Part shown: positions 36,977 through 45,218 of the stretch, piece by piece
How the letters are laid out: the number at the start of each line of letters is the position of its first letter
Numbering within the stretch: position 1 is the stretch's first letter
Virus record (IMG/VR): IMGVR_UViG_3300002026_000072
Span: 1 to 64,000 of that record
Length of the DNA: 64,000 nucleotides
Direction: 5' to 3' (one strand)
Source of the DNA: a virus
Notes under the pieces: model-generated
Databases searched by the model: none
The model's input: only the letters and a program-made list of their open reading frames with translations
Told to the model about the DNA's origin: nothing
Made by a program: the position numbers and the translations under genes

Positions 36977-38094
36977 TCTTCGACCTTCAGCGTCTCGCCC
37001 CACGGGGCGATGTGGTTCGTGGTGGCGCACCAGAGCACGGGGTAGCCTGGGGGTGAGTCCGGGAACGGACCCTCCAGGTCAGTGAGGTACACGAGGCACG
37101 CAGGCTGTATGCCCTGTTCGTCCAGCCACTTGAACGGCGGCCTGAAGTCCGTACCACCGCCGCCGTGGCACTTGAGCTCGAACAAGTCGTCAGCCTCCAG
37201 GTCGTCGACGTGATTCACTGCGGCATCGCAGCTGATCACGATCGTGCGCTGAGGCTGCACGGCGTCGCGGATGCTGGCGATCTCGTTGCCGAATGCTTGC
37301 AGGATCTTGTCGCCGATCGAGCCGCTGTCGTCAGTGACGATCGCCATCGTGCCCATGCACTCAGAGTGCATACCAGGGAGAAAGAGACCGTGAGCCAGCA
37401 TCTTGCGGTTGAGCCGCATGTAGCTGTAGTCGTTCTTCGTCTCCTCGACGGCGAACTGGCGCAAGCGCAGTCGCCAGTCAGTCTTGACCGCAGTCATCTC
37501 ACCGACGAGCCGGGCGATGCCGCCGGGCAGCTTGTCCTGGCCGCGGGCTGAGTTCGCTGCCTGGATGACAGCGTTCTTCCACTGGTCAGACTGCGAAGGG
37601 GCGTCGCTATTCTCGACATCCTTGCTCTTGGGTGCGTCGCGGACAGTGTCGAACTGCGGAGGGCGCCGGCCTTTGCCGCTGCGGTGGGGCAGGAGGTTGT
37701 AGATCTCCTCAGCCGTCATGTTTGCGTAGCGCGGGTCGTAGAGCCCAGTGCTGGGCATCTCAAAGCCGGCGTCCTTGAGGAGCGCATTGGCTGCGTAGTC
37801 GCAAGCGATGTTCCAGTCGACTGGGTCGCGTCCAGCGCGCCGTCCCTGGTGGTCCAGGACGCAGTGCATGATCTCGTGGGCGACGATAAAGACGGTGTCG
37901 GGGAACGAGCACTTGGCGATGAACTCAGGGTGGAAGTAGAGCTTCTCCCCATCAGTGCCCATCGTGGGCGGGGTCATGTCTGCGTCTTCGACGGGCTGGA
38001 GATAGAACGCCAGCTCGCCGAAGAAGGGCTGCTGAATCAGCAGCCTGACCCGAGCCTGCAGGAACTTGTGCAGCGCGGGCGAGGTTTCAGCCAT
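36973..38094 (-). CDS. HExxH metallopeptidase-like plus vWA (MIDAS) protein
   Basis: AHEIMHCVLDH. MAIVTDDSGSIGD (DxSxS). Typical partner of MoxR-type ATPases. Confidence 0.8.
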   Translation of the reverse strand: MAETSPALHKFLQARVRLLIQQPFFGELAFYLQPVEDADMTPPTMGTDGEKLYFHPEFIAKCSFPDTVFIVAHEIMHCVLDHQGRRAGRDPVDWNIACDYAANALLKDAGFEMPSTGLYDPRYANMTAEEIYNLLPHRSGKGRRPPQFDTVRDAPKSKDVENSDAPSQSDQWKNAVIQAANSARGQDKLPGGIARLVGEMTAVKTDWRLRLRQFAVEETKNDYSYMRLNRKMLAHGLFLPGMHSECMGTMAIVTDDSGSIGDKILQAFGNEIASIRDAVQPQRTIVISCDAAVNHVDDLEADDLFELKCHGGGGTDFRPPFKWLDEQGIQPACLVYLTDLEGPFPDSPPGYPVLWCATTNHIAPWGETLKVEE

Positions 38095-38317
38095 TTGAAC
38101 TTCCTTTGATGCGCATGGTCATCAGTTGAGGAATGAGGACTTCGTTGAACGGCAAGTCCTGCTTGAGCATAGTGTTCATCGCCTTGATGACGTGGCCGTC
38201 TGCTTTCCAGTAGGCGGCATGTGCTCTGCAGGCTTCCACGTTGCCGCGGGCCTGCGCGTGGTGTATGAGGCCGAGGAGCCACCACGCCTCAGCGCTGTTC
38301 TCGACTTTCAGGCCCAT
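38087..38317 (-). CDS. hypothetical protein (76 aa)
   Basis: Overlaps both neighbours by a few nt. Confidence 0.55.
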   Translation of the reverse strand: MGLKVENSAEAWWLLGLIHHAQARGNVEACRAHAAYWKADGHVIKAMNTMLKQDLPFNEVLIPQLMTMRIKGSSNG

Positions 38318-39138
38318 GGCAGCCGCGCCAGAATCGCGTCAGCCTTCTTGGCCGTGGTGGCGCGCAGCCGCTTGTCCTGGCGCAGCCGATCCGCAGGCAC
38401 CAGGAGCTGGCGGATGTCCTGCTCGATGCCAGTGAGGATCGGGTCTTTTGTGAAATTCAGCGCGGGCAGGATGTCCACGAATTCACGAGCGTTCTCGATG
38501 GCGCTGTCGAAGATCCGCCGGTCCTCGTCGTGCGTCTGCTCGTGGATCTTCCCCACGATCGTGCGGGCACGGGCGTAGACCTCCTTGACGGCGTCCATCT
38601 GCCGCTCAGTGAGTCGCTCAGTGAGGTCGCGCTTGATGTGCTCGACGTGCTCAGCACTGAGCGCCACCCGAAAGTCGTCAGCTGAGGGCACCGGGCTGAA
38701 GCTAGTGCCGAAGCTGAAGCGGTCAGCAATGTCGCCCGGATAATCATCCGGGTCATACATTGTGCCCAGGCGCTTGCGTGCCTCAGTCTTGAGCTGGGGG
38801 TAGTCGTTGATGAACGTACGCACACGAGCCTCGAACTCGATGCGGAAGTTCTGCATGTCCTGTGTGTACCCCATGAACAACGTGGCAGGCAGCAGCCGAT
38901 CGCCGTTGTCACCCCATGCAAGCGTGAGCTTGTAGTGGTGTGCACGGGCAGCGCCGGCAATCTTCTCGGCAGGCTCCAGCGCAGCCTTGTCGATCAGCAG
39001 CTTGTTGTAGCGCCCGCCGTCCTTGGCGCCATGAGTCTTGTCGACCTCACTGGTGACGGCGCGGTCGTGCTTACGCGCCGACCACTGCCGGATGTTCAGT
39101 GCGACCAGCATGGCGTGGTCAGTGAGAGAAGTTGTCAT
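38308..39138 (-). CDS. DUF3150-like protein (276 aa)
   Basis: MLVALNIRQWSARKHD... N-terminus as I recall for that family. Sits between the AAA and vWA genes. Confidence 0.65.
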   Translation of the reverse strand: MTTSLTDHAMLVALNIRQWSARKHDRAVTSEVDKTHGAKDGGRYNKLLIDKAALEPAEKIAGAARAHHYKLTLAWGDNGDRLLPATLFMGYTQDMQNFRIEFEARVRTFINDYPQLKTEARKRLGTMYDPDDYPGDIADRFSFGTSFSPVPSADDFRVALSAEHVEHIKRDLTERLTERQMDAVKEVYARARTIVGKIHEQTHDEDRRIFDSAIENAREFVDILPALNFTKDPILTGIEQDIRQLLVPADRLRQDKRLRATTAKKADAILARLPWA

Positions 39139-40143
39139 TCAAGTCACCAAGTCTGTATTTGTGAGTGCCCAAGTCTTGTAGGTCGGATCAAGGGCGACCT
39201 CCGGGCAGTGAGCCAGCGAGGCCTTGATGAAGGCCATCTGGTAGTCCCGAGGAATGCGGTTGACGTAATCGAGGAACGGCCCGAACGTCTTGGTCGTCGT
39301 GGCACGCTCCAGCATCGTGACGATGGCGTGGAGCACAGCCGGCGAGGTGGGCACAGGGACCTTCGTCGGGTTGAGCAGGATCTCTTCGCGTGTAGGCAGT
39401 GAGCTGACGACCTGAAGGAACGCGAGGTATTCACCAGCAGCACCATCGCCGACGGTTCCGCACAGCACTTGCCGCAGCGTGTCGCCTTTGAGGTCGCCTT
39501 CGCGGATGATCTTGTCAGCGAAGAACCACGAGCGCGGGCTTGGGAATGCGTGCCCCTTGGCGTTGGGGTTGAAGTTGTGCAGCAGGCTTGGGCGGAACCG
39601 AGCAAAGCTGACGGTGTTCTCAGTGATGTCGTTCTTGCTGGCGTACAGCGCCCATTCGTCCAGGTCGACTTCAAGAGTCAAGTGGATCAGCCTGTTGGCA
39701 AGCGCCGTGCTCATACGGTGAGTGACGGCGCGGTCTGTCTCGTTGTTGCCGGCAGCAACCACGTCCCATCCCACGGGGAGCTCATAGTCCCCTACCTTAC
39801 GGTTGAGAATGAGCTGGTACGCAGCAGCCTGCACCATGGGCGGCGCTGCATTCATCTCGTCGAGGAACAGCAGACCGTTGCCCTTGGTAGGCAACCAGTT
39901 CGGCGGCAACCACGCCATGTGCTTCTTGACGGTGTCGGGCATCGGGAAGCCCTTGATGTCCGTCGGGTCGAGCATGCCCAGGCGTACATCACGCAGGGCG
40001 TAGCCCTTGATGCGCTTGGCGCGATGCGCAGTGACCTGCGCAGTGATGTCACTCTTGCCGATACCCGGCGGACCCCAGATGAAAGCGGGGAGGCGGCAGT
40101 CGATGAGCGTGTTGAGGGCGGTGAAGAGTTGGGAAGGTTTCAT
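39139..40143 (-). CDS. MoxR/CbbQ-like AAA+ ATPase
   Basis: GPPGIGKS (Walker A), LLFLDEMN (Walker B). 334 aa. Confidence 0.88.
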   Translation of the reverse strand: MKPSQLFTALNTLIDCRLPAFIWGPPGIGKSDITAQVTAHRAKRIKGYALRDVRLGMLDPTDIKGFPMPDTVKKHMAWLPPNWLPTKGNGLLFLDEMNAAPPMVQAAAYQLILNRKVGDYELPVGWDVVAAGNNETDRAVTHRMSTALANRLIHLTLEVDLDEWALYASKNDITENTVSFARFRPSLLHNFNPNAKGHAFPSPRSWFFADKIIREGDLKGDTLRQVLCGTVGDGAAGEYLAFLQVVSSLPTREEILLNPTKVPVPTSPAVLHAIVTMLERATTTKTFGPFLDYVNRIPRDYQMAFIKASLAHCPEVALDPTYKTWALTNTDLVT

Positions 40144-40250
40144 GCAGCGGCTCCAAGTTTTGTGTGAGTGAATGGGGAGGAGTTAGGCAGCGGACTCGAA
40201 CCGCTCAGTGGGGTAAATGACTCCCCACCTGCACCTGCACCGGCGTTGAA

Positions 40251-40394
40251 CTACTTGGCGATCAGTGCGCCGATGCCGAAGAAGATTGCGACTGCGACTG
40301 CGAACGACACAACGGCGAGGGCAAGCAGCACTGCTGCCTCACGGGCTCGCCGCCGACGGCTGTCGAGGAAGATGGTGCGAGGGTAGGGCGGCAC
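40251..40394 (-). CDS. small membrane protein (47 aa), below the ORF-track size cutoff
   Basis: GTG preceded by aaggagatctacc. Sequence PPYPRTIFLDSRRRRAREAAVLLALAVVSFAVAVAIFFGIGALIAK, with one TM. Confidence 0.5.
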   Translation of the reverse strand: MPPYPRTIFLDSRRRRAREAAVLLALAVVSFAVAVAIFFGIGALIAK

Positions 40395-40407
40395 GGTAGA
40401 TCTCCTT

Positions 40408-40423
40408 TAGATCGAAGTTCGAG
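40408..40423. promoter_or_regulatory. Palindrome motif copy (tagatcgaagttcgag)
   Basis: Immediately 5' of the RBS of the 40394 start. Confidence 0.6.
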
Positions 40424-40471
40424 AGTAAGAGTTGCGGAGGCAGAGCGGGATCAAGAATTTCTATCGGGTGC

Positions 40472-40873
40472 TCAGACCTCATCGCCCAGCTCTCGCAGCA
40501 GGGCAGGTCCTGCCTTGTAGAACGACGTGTGGTCGGCGATGCGGCGAGTGATGACGTTCCGCCGTAGGAGTGGGTACAAGTACCTGTTGAGGCTGCAGCG
40601 CTCGTGCAGCCCAAACTTGACCCGCATGTCCTTGGTGGACATTTCAATGTCGGGGCAGGACGTGAAGAAGATCAGCGCCCTGGTGGCTACGGGCATCGCA
40701 CCGTCCACTGGGTTGGGCTCAGGCTTTACCTCGGGCTCGGGTTCCAGCAACCGCATCATCTCGGTGTAGGTCTCGTAGCCCATGCGGTGAGCGAGGACCT
40801 CCTGCGCTGCACGCCGGGACTGGCCGGTGGCACGCATGATGTCCCGCACGTATGCAGCGTGGGCTTCGCTCAT
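40472..40873 (-). CDS. hypothetical protein (133 aa)
   Basis: ATGA overlap with the upstream stop at 40870. Confidence 0.65.
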   Translation of the reverse strand: MSEAHAAYVRDIMRATGQSRRAAQEVLAHRMGYETYTEMMRLLEPEPEVKPEPNPVDGAMPVATRALIFFTSCPDIEMSTKDMRVKFGLHERCSLNRYLYPLLRRNVITRRIADHTSFYKAGPALLRELGDEV

Positions 40874-41391
40874 ACCGACTCCTTCCAATACCTATGCGGG
40901 TTCGTCGGCTTGTACTGCGCGCCGTCAATGCACAGCACCACTGCATTGCAACTGCCGGATGCTCCGCGGGAGCATGTGCGGCAGTCGAGAAGTGGCGTGG
41001 CCGGTGCTGGGGTTGGCGGTGCTGCGTAGAGGGGAATACTCCACTCTTCCGCCGACACTCCAGGATTCGCCTTTACGTACGCAGCGATGACGCTGCCGGT
41101 TGACGACATCCATGCCACCGGCTCGCCCTGCGGCTGGGTGGGCGGTGTGAGGTAGAGCGGCACGAAGTCAGCACACCGCCGTGTCGGCTCGACCCGCGAG
41201 AGGTGCGGGGCCACCCGCGCCTTTGCGAGGTGGTCGGGCTGTATCCAGACCGCAGGCTCACCCTGCGGCTGTGCCAAGGCGGCACGCAGGTCTTCCCAGA
41301 CTTCCTCTATCGGCTGCTGTATGTCGTTGCCAGCCAAGAAATTGTCCAAACAGTCGAACGCCGCCTGTGCGGCTTTGCGTAGGTCTGTCAT
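40870..41391 (-). CDS. hypothetical protein (173 aa) with AQPQGEP repeats
   Basis: Two QPQGEP(A/V)W motifs. Shares LRAALAQPQGEP with the next gene. Confidence 0.7.
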   Translation of the reverse strand: MTDLRKAAQAAFDCLDNFLAGNDIQQPIEEVWEDLRAALAQPQGEPAVWIQPDHLAKARVAPHLSRVEPTRRCADFVPLYLTPPTQPQGEPVAWMSSTGSVIAAYVKANPGVSAEEWSIPLYAAPPTPAPATPLLDCRTCSRGASGSCNAVVLCIDGAQYKPTNPHRYWKESV

Positions 41392-41807
41392 GGCTTAGCT
41401 CCCGTGATGCCGTGGGCTGCTTCGACGGCGCGGGCGAATTCAAACGCCAACCGCTCATCCTGCGAGCGCAGTGTTTGGTTTGTTGCTGTGATATACGCCG
41501 TGTAGATTTCACCGTTCGTCAGCGGCGTGCGCTGGGGTGGGGCTGCAGCGCGCACGGTCTTTGGTTCATACCCGCACTGGATGCACGGGCGGGCCAGTGC
41601 TTTTCCGCGTTCCTCGTACAGCCGCTTGTACGTCTCAAGCTCCGGCTCCCCCTGCGGCTGTGCCAAGGCGGCACGCAGGGCTGCTTCGACTTCAGCCCGC
41701 TTCTCCTCAGCGTAGTCGTTCAAGCTGACATCACGCCAGCAGAACTCCACGAACTCAAGCGCCAACTCACAAGCGTTCTTTGTCAGTTCGTCCATAGCGG
41801 TCTCCAT
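41388..41807 (-). CDS. hypothetical protein (~139 aa)
   Basis: Start uncertain (41807 or 41795). Carries the LRAALAQPQGEP module. Confidence 0.6.
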   Translation of the reverse strand: METAMDELTKNACELALEFVEFCWRDVSLNDYAEEKRAEVEAALRAALAQPQGEPELETYKRLYEERGKALARPCIQCGYEPKTVRAAAPPQRTPLTNGEIYTAYITATNQTLRSQDERLAFEFARAVEAAHGITGAKP

Positions 41808-41878
41808 GTCAGGCAGTAGATGACACCGGCGGCGAGCTGCAGCCATGCGATCGCAACGACGAGCTTGTTGCGGTTCAT
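41783..41878 (-). CDS. possible 31-aa hydrophobic peptide
   Basis: ATGA overlap with the upstream stop. Sequence MNRNKLVVAIAWLQLAAGVIYCLTWRPLWTN. Confidence 0.3.
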   Translation of the reverse strand: MNRNKLVVAIAWLQLAAGVIYCLTWRPLWTN

Positions 41879-42120
41879 ACCGTTGCTCCCAGCGCCCACA
41901 CGCTGTTGAGGTAGATCTTCTTCGGCCGTGTCAGTGAGTAGACAAAAGACCCCAGCTTGCCAGTCCTGAAGAAGACCTCGTGGTCCATGCCGCAGCGCAG
42001 GACACGATCGAGCACGTGGCGGTCCATCTCAGTGAACTTGCGCAGTTCGCTGAATGTCTTTGGGCCAGAGGCGAGCGCGGCGATGACCGTGTTACGGCCT
42101 TCCTGGTTGTAGGTCTTCAT
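41875..42120 (-). CDS. winged-helix-like DNA-binding protein (81 aa)
   Basis: GRNTVIAALASGPKTFSELRKFTEMDRHVLDRVLR. ATGA coupling upstream. Confidence 0.6.
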   Translation of the reverse strand: MKTYNQEGRNTVIAALASGPKTFSELRKFTEMDRHVLDRVLRCGMDHEVFFRTGKLGSFVYSLTRPKKIYLNSVWALGATV

Positions 42121-42386
42121 ATCCGTATTCCTTGTGCATACGCCCACACGCTGGGCGTGCGAGGCACATCGCAGCCCATCGTCTCGGCCACGTTGGCCAT
42201 GACGTACATAGCGCCGTCGCGCTCTTCGACGTCGCCTATGCGGTCAATCACGTTGTCCCTCACCAGTCGGTTCAGGATGATGGACAAGGCACCGCCCTTC
42301 GGGTCGAGATGAGAGAACTCGGAGCGCTTGCAGTACGGGTGCTCGGTGATGAACGCGACCACACGGTCGCGGAGAGTGGGCTTCAT
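42117..42386 (-). CDS. winged-helix-like DNA-binding protein (89 aa)
   Basis: LRDRVVAFITEHPYCKRSEFSHL...LSIILNRLVRDNVIDRI. Confidence 0.6.
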   Translation of the reverse strand: MKPTLRDRVVAFITEHPYCKRSEFSHLDPKGGALSIILNRLVRDNVIDRIGDVEERDGAMYVMANVAETMGCDVPRTPSVWAYAQGIRI

Positions 42387-42541
42387 GACTCAGCTCCAGG
42401 TGCGGTGGTTCTCAGCGACGTGCTCGAAGCCGTCGTATTCGTCGACGTGCCAGTTGTCGCCGACCTCGTCGGGGATCTCAAGCCACTGTTCACGGTGTCT
42501 GCGTCGTACGGCTTGCTGCACCCGCTGCATGTGCGGCTCAT
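42383..42541 (-). CDS. possible small CxxC protein (52 aa)
   Basis: ATGA overlaps at both ends. A competing 46-aa frame exists. Confidence 0.3.
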   Translation of the reverse strand: MSRTCSGCSKPYDADTVNSGLRSPTRSATTGTSTNTTASSTSLRTTAPGAES

Positions 42542-44901
42542 GCTGCTGCCTTTCTCTTCAGCGGCACAACCTTCGATGCCTTGGGTGCTGGGGGTATGAG
42601 GATGTCGCGGTACGCAGGCCACGACTTCGCGTCCTGCCACACGACCTTGATGCCGTTCACAGTCTTGCTGGGCACCCACACAGCCGAGATGTGGATGCGG
42701 TGATGTTTCAAGAGACTTGTGAACTTGTTCGGGCTGCTGGGCATGCCACCGACGGTGTAGTCAGCCAGCGTGCGCAGCTCATCACGTGAGATCGAGCAGC
42801 CGCCATCACGCACATCTGTGCGCTCAAGCAGCGCCTTGAGCACATCGCGGTAGTTCTCCACCCGGTTGTGCTCAGCTGCATTGGCCTTGTAGGCGTCGCT
42901 CGTAGGCAACTGATCAATGAAGAACTCGAAGTTCCCTTCGAGTAGCGCACCACACACGGAGTCGATCGACGACTCGGAGATGCTGATCATCGTGTCCCGG
43001 TCCTGGTTCTGCAGCACGGTGCGTGCGCGATCCGCATCGACGGCGTACGACATGAGATAGTCGTGAAACGCCTGCAACTCGCTGGGGATCGTGGCGATCT
43101 CCTTGTCCGTGATCACCAGCTTGTGCGGCTGGTAACTGGCGACATTGAAGCGGCGATCGCCTTTGTCGATACTGACCGGGTCGCTCATGTTGCTGAGGAA
43201 CAGCCAGTTCGTGTAGTTCCGCGCCTCAATGGCGTTCGCATACATCATGCGCACTGGCACCATGGGCTCAGTGATGAAGTTCTTGAGCTTCGCCATGACT
43301 GAGCGCTCGTTCTGCAACGCCTTGGTCTGAACTTCATCCACAAACACGAGGAACGAGTTCCTCATGAAGTGGTTGTATGGGCTATCGAGTTCTTCCATCC
43401 TGCGAGCTGCGGTCTGGTTCTGGCCAAACACAGGGCGCAAGATGTCATTGCACAGCAGGCCCTTGCCTGTGCCATGCGTACCGTGCAGCACCCATGCAGT
43501 CTTGGTGCGGTCACGCTCCTGCAAGATGAATGCGAGCCAGTTCAAGAAGTGATCGAGCACCTCCGGGCTACCGCCCAGCGCGTGGTCCATCACCTTGAGG
43601 ATGGTCTTCGGGACCTGGTTGACCTTCTTGACCTGAGCCAGCATGAAGCTGGTGGGCTGAAAGAGATTGATCGTGCGGTTGACTGGGTCCACACGCACGT
43701 TATCTTTCGGGTCAAACGTGATGTCCCACTCAGGGATGAAATCACCAAGCGGTGTGCCAGTCTGTTTGGCGAAGTGCCTGATCTGCGTCTCGTTCTTCGC
43801 TGGGTGCAGAGTCAGCGTGTCCGTGTTCGTGTCGTACGAGCCACGCCAGTAGGTTGAAGTGGCGCGATCGAGGAAGGCCAGCTTCAGGATGCCCTGGCTC
43901 GTTACCTTCGAGTTGATCGTGGAGTGCAGCTGCTCCCAGTAGTCAGGCAGCAGCTCTTTGGTGAGGTACGCTGGCTCTCCCTTGAAGGAGTAGATGAAGT
44001 CCGGGCTGTTTTCCGGGTGGTAGTACGCCCAGCTGTCGCCACCATTGAGATTGAAGTACACGAACCCACGCTCGGTCTTCATCTCTGTGATCACGCACGC
44101 ATCAGGCTTGACCATCACCTCAGTCGTGCCGTGCATCTTGTAGGTGATCTTGCGCTTGGGCAGACCAGCTGCTTCACGCAATCGGGAGATGGCGGTGTTG
44201 GTCAGCTCGCGGTTCTTGTCCGTGGAGTTGACTTGCCCGCTGAGCTTGAGACAAGACTGTCCGCGCAGGTTGAGCTGAATGCGCTGGTTCTTGCCCATCG
44301 GGTCCTTCAGTCCGCGCAGGACTGGAGGCGCGATGTAAATCAGCTTGTCGTTTTGAGACGCGCTGATGTCCAGCGGCCAGCGGATTGAGTTGCCGGTCTT
44401 GGTCAGAGTGAGTGCACTCGACAGCAACTCGACCTCATGGTTCTTCTGGATGAGGTACTGCTTGAGCAGAGGTGCTGCGTACGTGCGGTCGAGCAGCATG
44501 ATGATGTGCGCGTGGAGCAACTTGTCGGAGATCCCCTGGCTCGCTGACCACTGAACGATGTGGGAGACATCGGCGACGCCAAGGGCGAGGAGAAAGTCAT
44601 CGACGGATGCGACATCAAGTCCGTCGAGATCGAAGACGATGAACTCAGTCATGTCGCCGGTGACAGTGGACCCTGCACGGGACTCGTTCACCAGCGGATG
44701 GTGCAGCGTGCCCTTCAGCAGACAGTGCCCGAGCGATGCGTGATTGACCAGGGCGGTGTGCATCTGCTGCAGCGTGGTGATGTCTTCGATGTGGGAGGTG
44801 AACTCCCAGATGAAGGGGTAAGGCTGCTTTGTGAGGGCTCCGGCCTTCATCGTGAAGGTCTTGGTCAGAGGCACTGAAGCCTCAAGAAAACATAAGTGCA
44901 T
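42538..44901 (-). CDS. bifunctional prim-pol (AEP) primase / SF3 (D5-like) helicase
   Basis: FIVFDLDG and LLHAHIIML (AEP motifs), GTHGTGKG (Walker A), LVFVDEV (Walker B). ATG at 44901 chosen because the 44988 start would run across the intergenic palindrome. Confidence 0.85.
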   Translation of the reverse strand: MHLCFLEASVPLTKTFTMKAGALTKQPYPFIWEFTSHIEDITTLQQMHTALVNHASLGHCLLKGTLHHPLVNESRAGSTVTGDMTEFIVFDLDGLDVASVDDFLLALGVADVSHIVQWSASQGISDKLLHAHIIMLLDRTYAAPLLKQYLIQKNHEVELLSSALTLTKTGNSIRWPLDISASQNDKLIYIAPPVLRGLKDPMGKNQRIQLNLRGQSCLKLSGQVNSTDKNRELTNTAISRLREAAGLPKRKITYKMHGTTEVMVKPDACVITEMKTERGFVYFNLNGGDSWAYYHPENSPDFIYSFKGEPAYLTKELLPDYWEQLHSTINSKVTSQGILKLAFLDRATSTYWRGSYDTNTDTLTLHPAKNETQIRHFAKQTGTPLGDFIPEWDITFDPKDNVRVDPVNRTINLFQPTSFMLAQVKKVNQVPKTILKVMDHALGGSPEVLDHFLNWLAFILQERDRTKTAWVLHGTHGTGKGLLCNDILRPVFGQNQTAARRMEELDSPYNHFMRNSFLVFVDEVQTKALQNERSVMAKLKNFITEPMVPVRMMYANAIEARNYTNWLFLSNMSDPVSIDKGDRRFNVASYQPHKLVITDKEIATIPSELQAFHDYLMSYAVDADRARTVLQNQDRDTMISISESSIDSVCGALLEGNFEFFIDQLPTSDAYKANAAEHNRVENYRDVLKALLERTDVRDGGCSISRDELRTLADYTVGGMPSSPNKFTSLLKHHRIHISAVWVPSKTVNGIKVVWQDAKSWPAYRDILIPPAPKASKVVPLKRKAAA

Positions 44902-44931
44902 GAAGGGCCTCGGGGAGGAGAGTCGAAGACA

Positions 44932-44946
44932 GATCGAAGTTCGATC
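44932..44946. promoter_or_regulatory. Palindrome motif copy (gatcgaagttcgatc)
   Basis: 30 nt upstream of the 44901 ATG. Confidence 0.6.
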
Positions 44947-44978
44947 GTACAGCGATTTTGGGGAGAGGCAAAGCACAA

Positions 44979-45146
44979 GGAAAAGCACAAGGAGAGGTGC
45001 TTAAAAATGAGGCACTCTACCTATGAGAACCTATACTTCTTATACTCTTATACTTATAATCTTATCTCTTGTAAGGAGTATAAAGAGTATAAATATAGAA
45101 ATGTTTTTCCTATAAAGGATAGGGATCGCAAGTGCAAGATCACAAG
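44979..45146 (+). repeat. AT-rich ~168-bp direct repeat, copy B
   Basis: See copy A (18993-19160). Lies directly upstream (- strand sense) of the primase operon. Confidence 0.85.
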
Positions 45147-45178
45147 GGCAGTCCGTTGCCCTTCCCGCAGAGCGTGAG

Positions 45179-45208
45179 AGCCGCTCAGGCTGTGGGGCCT
45201 GAGCGGCT
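45179..45208 (-). terminator. strong hairpin after the 45219 gene
   Basis: 12-bp perfect stem agccgctcaggc/gcctgagcggct with a 6-nt loop. No clear U-tract. Confidence 0.5.
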
Positions 45209-45218
45209 GGACTGAGGG

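Noticed and set aside
40176-40262. tRNA-like signal on the - strand: GGTTCGAGTCC T-loop hairpin (agcgg-ttcgagt-ccgct) next to a gtgggg/ccccac stem
   Set aside because: There is no 5' strand complementary to the would-be acceptor (gcctaac). The second stem has a 9-nt loop, and no D-arm can be drawn. More likely these are two structured elements between the 47-aa membrane gene and the AAA gene.
42383-42541. Alternative 46-aa acidic ORF (MQRVQQAVRRRHREQWLEIPDEVGDNWHVDEYDGFEHVAENHRTWS) in the other frame of this short gap
   Set aside because: It has slightly better third-position GC but lacks the ATGA coupling that the listed frame has at both ends. Neither frame can be confirmed from sequence alone, and only the coupled one is listed, at low confidence.
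18993-45146. The ~168-bp direct repeats as attL/attR of an island integrated into a phage
   Set aside because: The repeats have identical ends but a mismatched centre, which is the opposite of a core-type att duplication. The tRNA-like att candidate lies elsewhere (19671). The enclosed genes are the phage's own replisome. The recombination-substrate idea is kept as a hypothesis only.
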